From Eledone cirrhosa (Eukaryota), in NCBI GenBank assembly GCA_964016885.1, contig OZ024741.1, positions 224,688,001-224,752,000 of the forward strand: a stretch of 64,000 bases of DNA, written 5' to 3'. Positions 42,150 through 52,983 of this stretch are shown here, piece by piece. A model generated the notes under the pieces. That model was not told the DNA's origin. It made no database searches and saw only the letters and a list, made by a program, of their open reading frames with translations. The translations under genes and the position numbers were made by a program. Position 1 is the first letter of the stretch, and each line of letters starts with the position of its first letter.

Positions 42150-44630
42150 ACGCATTCTACCACCACCACACAGACTCTACCACTACCACAGAGATTCTAC
42201 CACTACCACACACACTACCACCACCATACACACTCTACCACCACCACACAGACTCTACCACTACCACACATACTCTACCACTACCATACACACTACCACC
42301 ACCATACACACACTACCACCACCATACACACTCTATCACCACCATACATACTCTACCACTACCATACACACTGCCACCACCATACACACACTACCGCCAC
42401 CATACACACTCTACCACCACCATACACACTCTACACCACCACACAGACTCTACCACTACCATAGACACCCTTCCACCACCACACAGACTCTACCACCACC
42501 ATACACACTACCACTACCATACACACTACCACCACCATACACACTCTACCACTATCATACACACTGCCACCACCATACACTCTCTACCACCACCACACAG
42601 ACTCTACCACCACCATACACACTACCACTACCATACACACTACCACCACCATACACACTCTACCACCACCACCTCACACTCTACCACCACCATACACACT
42701 CTACCACCACCACACAGACTCTACCACTACCATACACACTGCCACCACCATACACTCTCTACCACCACCACACAGACTCTAACACTACCACACATACTCT
42801 ACCACTATCATACACTCTACCACCACCATACACTCTCTACCACCACCATACACACTACCACCACCATACACTCTGTACCACCACCACCTCACAGACTCTG
42901 ACACCACCATACACACTCTACCAACACCATACACACTCTACCACCACCATAGACACTACCACCACCATACCCACTCTACCACCACCATAGACACACTACC
43001 ACCACCATACCCACTCTACCACCACCATACACACTCTACCACCACCATACACCCTCTACCACCACCATACACACTCTACCACCACTACACACACTCTACC
43101 ACCACCATGCACTCTCTACCACCACAATACACACTCTACCACCACCACACAAACTCTATCACTACCATACCCACTCTAACACCACCATACACACTCTACC
43201 ACCACAATACACACTCTACCACCACCACACATACTCTACCACCGCCATACACACTCTACCACCACCATACACACTCTACCACCACCACCATACACTCTCT
43301 ACGACCACCACACAGACTCTACCACTACCACAAACTGTACCACCACCATACACACTCTACTACCACCATACACTCTGTACCACAACCATACACACTCTAC
43401 CACCACCACACACACTCTACCACTACCACACTCTCTACCACCACCATACACTCTCTACCACCACCACCACCTTACACTCTACCACCACCATACACACTCT
43501 ACCACCACCATACGCATTCAACCACCACCATACACACTCTACCACCACCATACACACTCTACCACTACCATACACTCTCTACCACCACCCACACACTCTA
43601 CCACCACCATACACATTCTACCAACACCATACACACTCTACCACCACCATAGACACTCTACCACCACCACACACACTCTACCACCATCATACACACTCTA
43701 CCACCACCATACACACTATACCACCACGACACCCTCTACCACCACCACACACACTCTACCACCACCATAGACACTCTACCACCACCATACACTCTCTACC
43801 ACCACCATACACACTCTACTACCACCATACACTCTGTACCACAACCATACACACTCTACCACCACCACACACACTCTACCACTACCACACTCTCTACCAC
43901 CACCATACACTCTCTACCACCACCACCACCTTACACTCTACCACCACCATACACACTCTACCACCACCATACGCATTCAACCACCACCATACACACTCTA
44001 CCACCACCATACACACTCTACCACTACCATACACTCTCTACCACCACCCACACACTCTACCACCACCATACACATTCTACCAACACCATACACACTCTAC
44101 CACCACCATAGACACTCTACCACCACCACACACACTCTACCACCATCATACACACTCTACCACCACCATACACACTCTACCACCACGACACCCTCTACCA
44201 CCACCACACACACTCTACCACCACCATAGACACTCTACCACCACCATACACTCTCTAGCACCACAATACACACACTACCACCACCACACACACTTTACCA
44301 CCACCATACACACTCTACCACCACCACACACACTCTACCACCACTATACACACTCTACCACCACCATACATACTCTACCACCACCATCCACACGCTACCA
44401 CCACCACACACACTCTACCCCTACGATACACATTCTACCAACACCATACACACTCTACCACCACCATACACATTCTACCACCACCATACACACTCTACCA
44501 CCACCATACACTCTCTACCACCACCCACACACTCTACCACCACCATACACATTCTACCAACACCATACACACTCTACCACCACCATACACACTCTACCAC
44601 CACGACACCCTCTACCACCACCATACACGT
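42150..44630. repeat. ~20-bp minisatellite (CACCACCATACACACTCTAC)n with a higher-order duplication
   Basis: Unit directly visible; marker variants such as tacgcattcaacc recur at ~43511 and ~43970. Confidence 0.92.
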
Positions 44631-44759
44631 CTGACCTCAAGTGTGTTTCTCGCTTCTATTAAATTTCTCTGTGCGAAACTGTTAATCCCAAACCCTTTAT
44701 TTTATTTGTATGACTCAACATATTATAGTATGAACCGATATTACTAAAGTAGATAAAGG

Positions 44760-44945
44760 GCGGTGGATTGGCAGTATCGGTAGAGGATCGGACGCCATGC
44801 TTTGCACCAAAGAGTTACGGTCCTTTATGGTCTGAGTTCAAATCACGCCGAGGTTAACTTTGCCTTTCATCCTGACGGGGTCGATAAAATAAAGTACCAG
44901 TAATACACTGGGATAATTGCTGGCCTTGTGCCAAAAGTAGAAACA
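44760..44945 (+). mobile_element. Meta-like tRNA SINE
   Basis: ggtggattggcagtatcggtagag...gagttcaaatc...gcctttcatcctgacggggtcgataaa. Confidence 0.82.
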
Positions 44946-45110
44946 ATTATAGTAGATATTATATTGTGAACTAATATCATTATGGTATATATATATATAA
45001 ATCACTACCTCCCTACGGACAACTGACGTTGCACACCAGGTCCGAACACAGAAGAGGCAATCTCCCACTGCCATCGCCTCCATCTCTCTCGCCCTCCCCA
45101 TCTCTCTCTG

Positions 45111-45293
45111 TTATGAGCAAATGGGGTTCCACGGGCTGGCCGCCCCACAGCCCCGGCGGACAGAATGAAGAAGGCGTTTCCCCGGCTCAGCGCCTATGGT
45201 GGTAAGTAGGGAGGTAGCCCTAGGGCCAAAGACACCAGAGGTCGCCACTGCTAGGGTCTCGACTACAAACCTGTCGGAGAGCGCCCGGTACAT
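45111..45293 (-). mobile_element. C-terminal fragment of an RLE-type (CRE-like) non-LTR retrotransposon
   Basis: YRALSDRFVVETLAVATSGVFGPRATSLLTTIG resembles the KY..L...F...AVETSG.FG..A..LL..IG motif. Confidence 0.55.
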
Positions 45294-46272
45294 AAATTAC
45301 CTCTATTAATTCATAGCTTCTAAATTCAACGGAGAAAAATCAGGTGGGTAAATTGGTGTAATCAGTCTAGCACAGTTACCAGCAAAATAAGTGGGGTTAG
45401 TTCAATTCCCACGCTTGCAGATGCCCATTTTCCCCCGTTATTGGGGCTTATATATGTCCTGACATATTATAAACAAACATGCTCCTTTACACATACGCAT
45501 ACACATTCGCACAATATATTTATACTGTACACAATAATTAGACTGGTTTCTAATGTTTCACGGTAAGGCCATAGGTTGACTCCCAGGGAGAAGAAACCTG
45601 TTTGATCTGTCAAACTTGAAAGTTAAAACGGTTATTTAGGTATTTTGGTTTTGCTGCGTAACCATTTTGCCTGAAGATTATAAGGTCATACAGGTTTGTC
45701 TTCTCTGAGAACTCATTCCACAGCTTCACCATGAAACTTAAGTAACAAATATATTATTTAAGTATAATAAAAGTATCAAATTTAAATCTGCCATCGGCAC
45801 TAATTTCGTTCTATATGATGAATGTTCCTCCAGTCACTGGTACTCTCAGCTCCCAAATGATAGAGGGTGTTGGAATAAGCGGGGTTGGGGGTGGTGGTTG
45901 GGAAATCGGTAATTGTATAGTGTATGTTCGTAAATATGGGTTTTCTTGTAACGTTCTTTTCCTGTCATATATAATGTCTTTTGAAATGTAAAATAAAATT
46001 ATTAGATTCTCCAGCTGCTGTATCAATATGAATCACTTACAATAAAATCTATCTATCTATCTATCTATCTTGATAGAGTAAGACACGCTTCACATCGGCT
46101 CCGCTATTCCATCGGGATTTACCCTTACTATTGTAAGTACCGGATAAATTTTTCAGTGCAACACATTTGGAACACTAACCCCTGTTATTTAGGGAAACAT
46201 TTTTGCATTTACCCCCTTTTTAGGGGGTAAAATAAATATCTATTTTTGCCGAAAAATTTCGTTCTTGGCAGC

Positions 46273-48060
46273 ATGGCGGAAAAGATGGCAGACATGTCTG
46301 CCATTAGCTCTGCCACGCCCCCTAAGTCTGAAGAACAAAAAATAATTACAACAAAATTAGACAACGAAAGAAACAAAGAAAATGAAAAAACAAATGTTAA
46401 GGAAAATGAGCAAACGGAAAACAAACAAACAGAAAATAATACAAATAACAACAGGGCAACTTTCGCCCAGAAAACAAAACAATCCATTACATACACACCA
46501 ATTGACCTAACGGCCGCCAGAGAAAAACTGGCCGAAGCAAAGAAACACATTGTTTTGGGGGAAAACGGAATGTTTTCCATTAACTCCCCCCCAGAATTCA
46601 AGAAAGCGAGAACAGAGAACACAGTTCTCTTCAGAACAATCCTAAACCAAACAAGAAAGCCAGCACAGCCCAGCCAAATGGAGATAGAGTTGGTCCTAAA
46701 AGACTATATGAAGAATATTCTCTTCATACGAAAGGACCGACTCTATGGCAGCATTTCGGTCCTAACAAAAGACAAGGAAACGGCGGAGAAGCTTTCCCTA
46801 AGCCCACTCTCATCGACAACATACAGCTTCTATCCCTCCTACATGGGTAGAAGAACACAGAGAGTAAAAATACAAACAATGCTGCCCACAATGGACTTCT
46901 GGTGGGCTATTGCTGGCTTCATAGACATGGGCGAGGACACAGTGCTGTCAATGGGGAAGGCATCCGGAGATGCGTTCCTGGGAATGGGCCTCGACCTCCT
47001 AGTCCAAATGAGACCCGAAAGAATAGCACAAATCCCGGATCGCATCTGGCTGGATGAGCTCACCCCAATAGATATAATTGTAGAGGGGAGAAGACCAGCA
47101 TGCTATTTATGCACGGAAAGGGGACACATTAAGGCTAACTGCCCGAAACGTATCCCCCAAAAAGGACTATTGCCCACACCCATCACAAACAGTACACCAA
47201 CACCACCCACCTCCAAAAATACACTAATACCACACACAGCAAACAAAATACAAACACCACCAAGCACAACACAAACATCACCATCACCAGCACCAAACAC
47301 AAGCACGACACAAAAATCACCACCACCATCACCAACACAAACACCACCACCACCATTACCAACCACAAGCACGACACAAACAGCACCACCACAAAACGCA
47401 TTCCAAACAAATAATAAAAAAAAACAGCAACAAATCTACCCCTCCCGCAAAAAAAAAACAACCACACAACACGTCCCTCTCACCTAGCGCTGAAGAGTTT
47501 CCCCCAACTTCTGAAGAAGAAGGAGGAGAAACCTTCAGACAGGTTAAAAGAAAAAAAAGAAAGCACACACCCAGCACACCACAAATAACCCACACACAAA
47601 CACCAACTCCAATAAAAAACACCCCACCCTCAACAAACAAAAATAAATCTGCGCCTCCCCTCTCCGAAACATTGACAGCATCACAAAAAAAGACATTGCA
47701 ATACACATATATAAATAAAGAAAACAAAAAAACTGTTTAAATTAATAAACAATAGCCCTTTGGTGCAGACCGAAGGGCCAAACTTTATCTCAACAGAGAA
47801 CTTCACCCATTTAAAAATGATAAAGGTCCCTCTGGACCTTTATCGTTCCTTAAAAGAACAATTTAGACAGGACGTGAGCCCCCCCCCCCCCCTGTTTAAA
47901 ACCGTTAAATCGCGTCCTCTTGAAAGATTTCCCCATAACCTCCCCTCTCCCTGACACAACTCCAAACACCCCCAACCCCACCACACTCGGGCACCCCCAC
48001 AAAACATCCCTCCACCCAACACACCTGACGCCATGGAAATTACACAGCCCGGAGAGGTAG
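46273..48060 (+). CDS. ORF1 of copy C (gag-like, CCHC knuckle, T/P-rich linker, basic KRKKRK patch); three homopolymer frameshifts
   Basis: ATG 46273; CYLCTERGHIKANC; frame restored across A-runs near 47450 and 47728 and a C-run near 47885, ending PWKLHSPER* at TAG 48058-48060. Confidence 0.85.
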
Positions 48061-48091
48061 GTGCTTTTCTTTCTTCACTTTCAACACCAAA

Positions 48092-51000
48092 ATAGATCAA
48101 TTGAGAGTTGGCTGTTTGAACGCGCGTGGCCTGGGCTCAGCTTGGAAGCAAGCAAAGCTACTAAGTGACCTCAGGTCACGAAGTATAGATGTGATGGTTG
48201 TTTGCGAGAGTCGGATCAGCAGCGTGCGACAGCTGGCTCCCGCCTTCGATGACTTTGAGATGCACGCATCTCTCTGTCAACCCGGAGGCGGGGGGGGGGG
48301 AGTTGCCGTACTGCTGGATAAACGTCTGGCTCTCGACGTACAGATTGTTCACTCGGACCCGGGGGGTCGATTACTGGTGCTGGACGTCGGAGGCGGTGAA
48401 GGCGGGGCTTTCAGACTGGTCGGTCTTTATGCCCCCTTCGGAGCTGAAAGAGCCGACTTCTTCCAGCGACTGGAGACTTTTCTAGGAACGTCGCGTTCCC
48501 TGCTTTTAGTGGGGGACTGGAATGGAATCCTAGATGCGCGTTGGGACTATGCAGGGGCATGTCCCGATAGAGGGGGGTGTAGCAGCCTCAAGGGGTTACT
48601 CGATCGATTCGACCTGGTCGATAGATTTCGACTAGATTGTCCAACTGCACCAACCTGGACCTGGGCAAACCGCAGTGGACAATCTAGATCGTACCTAGAT
48701 AGGTTTTTGGTTAGGAGTAAGGATAGGGACGTATTTAGTTGTCCAGAATTGATCATGGTTGGCTATTCAGATCACAAATTAGTGACCTGCGTGGTCAACC
48801 TTGATAGAACGCATAGACAGGGTCCCGGTTACTGGAAGATGAACTTGTCCTTGCCGGCAAAGAAAGATTACAGGAACCGGATTAGTAGCTTAGTTAAGAT
48901 GCGGTTGACGGGAGCGATCGTCAACAGTAGGTGGTGGGTATCTCTAAAGAGAGAGATTAGAGTAAGTTCGATAGGTTACAGTAAGGAACTAGCGGCGAAT
49001 AGAAATAGGAAGGAAAGGGAGTTAACAGATAAACTAGAAGAGGCGATTAGGAGCGGAGACGTAGCCAGAGTGTTAGCGGCGAGAACGGCGTTGAGCCAGT
49101 TCTTTGACGCGAAGCACGAAGGCTGCGTTGTCCGAAGTAAAATACGTGCTTTAGGAAACGAGGGGACCAAAGCTGTTAGCTGGGCCCGCGTGACAGAAGC
49201 CAAGAGTGGGATTAAATCCACCATTCGGTCTTTGCGAGACCAGGATGGACGGGTGATCCTTGAACCTGAGCGGATGTGCGAGGCCTTTCAAAGGCACTTT
49301 GCTCGACTGTTCGGAGGGGGCGGGGGGCCGGAAGGGGATGTGGACTTCGGTCCATACCTCGACGGTCTACCGCGTCTTTCGAGCGGCGAAGCGGAGTGCT
49401 GCGAAAGGCCAATCACAGCCACTGAAATCGGGGAAGCGCTCAGCCAATGCAGCAGACGCAAATCTCCGGGTCTCGATGGTCTACCATACGAACTTTATTT
49501 AGCTATGCCGGTCTTGTTCTCCGAACTCCTCGAGGCTGTCTATTGCAACTGGCAACAGAACGGGAGAATTCCCTGTTCTGTGACCAAGGGCGTGGTCACG
49601 CTAGTGAGGAAGGACGAGAGCAAGGGGGACGACTTAAGTAACTTTAGGCCCATAACTCTGCTGAATGCAGAGTTACAGATTTTGGCCAAGGTGTTGGCGA
49701 AGAGGTTGGCGCTTGTGGTGGGTGGTTTGGTGGGAGACGCGCAGACATGCGCTATCCCGTCCAGGTCCATTCACGACAACCTCCACCTCATGCGATACAT
49801 CATAGAGAGGGTTGGCAACGAACCCGGCTTTGGTGGGGCCCTGATCAACTTGGATCAATCTAAGGCGTTCGATAGGGTCGACCATGGTTACCTGGATGCG
49901 GTGCTAGCGGCGGCGGGCTTCGGAGCCGTTTTCAGGGGCTGGATTTCTGCCATGCACAGTGGCAACATCTACTCTAGGATTAAAGTAAACGGCTACCTCT
50001 CGGAGCCGTTTCAAATCACCCGGTCCATCAGACAGGGGTGCCCCCTCTCCTCCCTTCTGTACGTATTGACTCTCGAGCCACTGCTGCGGAAGTTGGAGTT
50101 GCTGCGGGGCATACCCCTGGAACCGGGATTGCACAAAGCGGTCTCGGCCTATGCCGACGACGTAACAGTAATGGTGGCGGACGCCTCGGAAATCGGGGCG
50201 ATCGCCACCCTACTGGAGGAATACGAAAGGCTGACGGGGGCTAGGCTGAACCGGGACAAGTCAGTCGGTTTGCAACTCGGAACATGGAGGGGCAAACCGA
50301 TGCCGTTAGACGGTGTCGTAGGGCGGTGGACGGAGGGCCCGGTGAAGCTGCTCGGGGTCTGGTTCGGACCCGACCTCCAGGTGGAGAAGACTTGGGGCGA
50401 GGTGACGAGCAGGGTGTTTGCGCTAACGCAGAAGTGGGCCAAGTGCAAACTATCACTGAAAGGTCGGGCGGAGGTGACGAACGCTTACATAGCGTCCGTC
50501 ATCTGCTACCGCCTGACCGTCGTGCCTTGCCCCAAGGAAAAGATCACCATCATGGAACGCATGCTCTTCCAGTTCCTCTGGAAGAAGCGGCCTCCCATGG
50601 TGAGGAGATCCATCTGCTGCCAGCACCCTTCGAAAGGAGGGCTGGGTATGCCGTGGCTGTTGATGCGTAGGCACGCATTGAGGCTACGGCATCTACAGGT
50701 ATTCCTCACCGGTCAGCCGGTGTGGGCCCCGTTTGTGAGGCGAGCCTTCCCACAGCTCGTCTCGCTCACCGAGCTGCAATCCTGGGTGAAGAAAAGACCG
50801 AGAAAACTGGGCAACTGGCACACCGAGTGTGCCCAGGCGCTCACGGCTATCTGGCAAGCGGACCCGACTGTCAGTGGAGAATCCACCTCGACATTCTATA
50901 GAGGGCTGGTGGCTAGCAGGGGCGACGACACCCTTGGAGAGTCGCTAGGCATGGAGGAGGACGAACTGGCCAGCCTGTTCGGTAGAACTTTCGGCCCGGG

Positions 51001-51532
51001 ACCCATGGACAACTTCCAGAGGTCCCTAGCCTGGCAGTGTTACCGGGGGGCTCTGCCCGTTCGAGAAAAGCTCTACAGACACGGGCGCCCGGGCAGGGAT
51101 CCAGCGAAAAAGATCTGTCCCAGATGCGTGCGCGACGAGGAAACCGTTGCGCATGCACTGGTACACTGCCCGGGCGTTGCCGATCTGTGGGGCTACGTCG
51201 AACGACTGCTGTCGCGTGTGGCGCCGATTCGATTAACCGCCGAGTCTGTGGTGAACATCAAGCCGCCGCCTCCCTTCAGAAACGAAGCAGAGGCGGTCTT
51301 TCTGTGCGTAATAGCCATGATGAAAGAGGTTGTGTGGTGGACGCGCCTGAAAGGTCTGAGGTCGGGTGACTTTCTCTCCGGCGATCACCTGGTTTACTTC
51401 TTCCGATACCACTTCGGAAGAAGGATCAGGATGGAGAGAGAGGTGCTTGGCCCCAGACAGTTTTATGAAAGGTGGGTGAAAGAAGCGAGAATGGCTCGTG
51501 TAAATGGGCCTTCTCTCTACATTGTTCTGTAG
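48092..51532 (+). CDS. ORF2 of copy C: APE endonuclease, reverse transcriptase, CCHC finger; start codon reads ATA
   Basis: 1143-aa open frame from TTG 48101 with NARGL, GDWN, SDH, FRPITLLN, DQSKAFDRV, QGCPLS, YADD and CPRC...H...C; ATA at 48092 aligns with the ATG of the other copies. Confidence 0.95.
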   Translation: MDQLRVGCLNARGLGSAWKQAKLLSDLRSRSIDVMVVCESRISSVRQLAPAFDDFEMHASLCQPGGGGGGVAVLLDKRLALDVQIVHSDPGGRLLVLDVGGGEGGAFRLVGLYAPFGAERADFFQRLETFLGTSRSLLLVGDWNGILDARWDYAGACPDRGGCSSLKGLLDRFDLVDRFRLDCPTAPTWTWANRSGQSRSYLDRFLVRSKDRDVFSCPELIMVGYSDHKLVTCVVNLDRTHRQGPGYWKMNLSLPAKKDYRNRISSLVKMRLTGAIVNSRWWVSLKREIRVSSIGYSKELAANRNRKERELTDKLEEAIRSGDVARVLAARTALSQFFDAKHEGCVVRSKIRALGNEGTKAVSWARVTEAKSGIKSTIRSLRDQDGRVILEPERMCEAFQRHFARLFGGGGGPEGDVDFGPYLDGLPRLSSGEAECCERPITATEIGEALSQCSRRKSPGLDGLPYELYLAMPVLFSELLEAVYCNWQQNGRIPCSVTKGVVTLVRKDESKGDDLSNFRPITLLNAELQILAKVLAKRLALVVGGLVGDAQTCAIPSRSIHDNLHLMRYIIERVGNEPGFGGALINLDQSKAFDRVDHGYLDAVLAAAGFGAVFRGWISAMHSGNIYSRIKVNGYLSEPFQITRSIRQGCPLSSLLYVLTLEPLLRKLELLRGIPLEPGLHKAVSAYADDVTVMVADASEIGAIATLLEEYERLTGARLNRDKSVGLQLGTWRGKPMPLDGVVGRWTEGPVKLLGVWFGPDLQVEKTWGEVTSRVFALTQKWAKCKLSLKGRAEVTNAYIASVICYRLTVVPCPKEKITIMERMLFQFLWKKRPPMVRRSICCQHPSKGGLGMPWLLMRRHALRLRHLQVFLTGQPVWAPFVRRAFPQLVSLTELQSWVKKRPRKLGNWHTECAQALTAIWQADPTVSGESTSTFYRGLVASRGDDTLGESLGMEEDELASLFGRTFGPGPMDNFQRSLAWQCYRGALPVREKLYRHGRPGRDPAKKICPRCVRDEETVAHALVHCPGVADLWGYVERLLSRVAPIRLTAESVVNIKPPPPFRNEAEAVFLCVIAMMKEVVWWTRLKGLRSGDFLSGDHLVYFFRYHFGRRIRMEREVLGPRQFYERWVKEARMARVNGPSLYIVL

Positions 51533-51764
51533 GTGAAGAAGTGAAGAGGAAAGGGGGAGCGCCTCCTCCCTGGGCTTCCCCCGCGAAAAGGGTTGCACAC
51601 TTTTCGGGGGGTATGTGCAATCCCGAACACGCCCCCTCCCTTTTGAGGACTTTTTATTATTATATTATTATTGTTATTCCTTTTTTCTTTACTCGATTTA
51701 TGTAAACTCCCCCACTGTGTATTTGTCCCCTTCTTTTGTGCCCTCGTGGCAAATAAATAGAAAT

Positions 51765-51837
<73 letters not shown>

Positions 51838-51840
<3 letters not shown>

Positions 51841-51937
51841 TGCATTTGTGATAGTATTTTACACGTTTTTATTGTATGTAAGCTTCCCACTTTGTATTTG
51901 TCCCCTTCTTTTGTGCCCCTGTGGCTAATAAAGAAAC
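51838..51937 (+). mobile_element. ~100-bp 3' tip of a B/D-subfamily element within (TATC)n
   Basis: Matches 15456-15553 and 57129-57227. Confidence 0.88.
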
Positions 51938-51969
51938 ATATCTATCTGTCTGTCTGTCTATCTACTTAC

Positions 51970-52034
<65 letters not shown>

Positions 52035-52893
52035 AACAATGATAACAACAACACCCCCATCACCAACAACAACAACAATGATAACAACAATACCACCAAC
52101 AACAACAGCAACACGAACAACTTCACGAACAAGGAAAAGATTTCTTTTGCTCAAACCGTCCAAAAGACGGAACTGTTCACATACCTTGACATTTCCAATG
52201 CTAGGGAAATGTTAAGCGATGCAAAACAGTACGTAACTTTTGGTGAGAGTGGTGCTTTCAGCATCACTTCTCCTCAACAGTTACGCAGAGAAACTGTTCT
52301 AAAAACAGTAATTTTTAGGACGGTCTCAAATGTGTCGAAAAAACCAGTTCAGTTATTCCAAAACGATATTGAACTGGTTCTGAAGAATTCCATGAAGGAT
52401 ATTGCCTTCATCCAAAAAGGGAAACTTTTTGGAAGCATTTCGGTGTTGTTGAAAGACCAATTGACAGCACAAAAATATTCTGTATCGCCGATTGTGTCCC
52501 CCCTTTACACCTTTTTCTCCACATATATGGGAAAAAGAACTAAAAAAATAAAAATGTTGAACATTGCACCAAATGTAAACGTCTGGTGGATTCTAACAGG
52601 CTTCATCGATTTCGACGAAGACACCATCATTTCGGTGGGAAAGTCCTCCAGAGGCACATTCAATGGTACAAGCATGGAAGTTCTGGTCCAAATGAGGCCA
52701 GAACGGATAGCTAAAATACCCCAACGTGTGCCTCTGGATGGAATTTCACACATAAACATTTCTGTTGAGGGTAGGCGGCCTGAAGGCTTGCTGTCCTCAG
52801 TTAACTAAAAAAAAAAGAGGCACTATTGCCAACACCCAAAACAACAACACAACCACCACCACCACCACCACCACCACCACCACCACCACCACC

Positions 52894-52983
<90 letters not shown>

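Larger units (their letters stand above)
46071..51763 (+). mobile_element. Tx1/L1-type retrotransposon copy C, full length and nearly intact (third subfamily)
   Basis: (ATCT)n on both sides; 5'UTR, ORF1, uninterrupted ORF2, 3'UTR with AATAAA. Confidence 0.97.

Noticed and set aside
45340-45420. tRNA gene candidate with A/B-box-like motifs
   Set aside because: No cloverleaf could be folded; more likely a decayed SINE head
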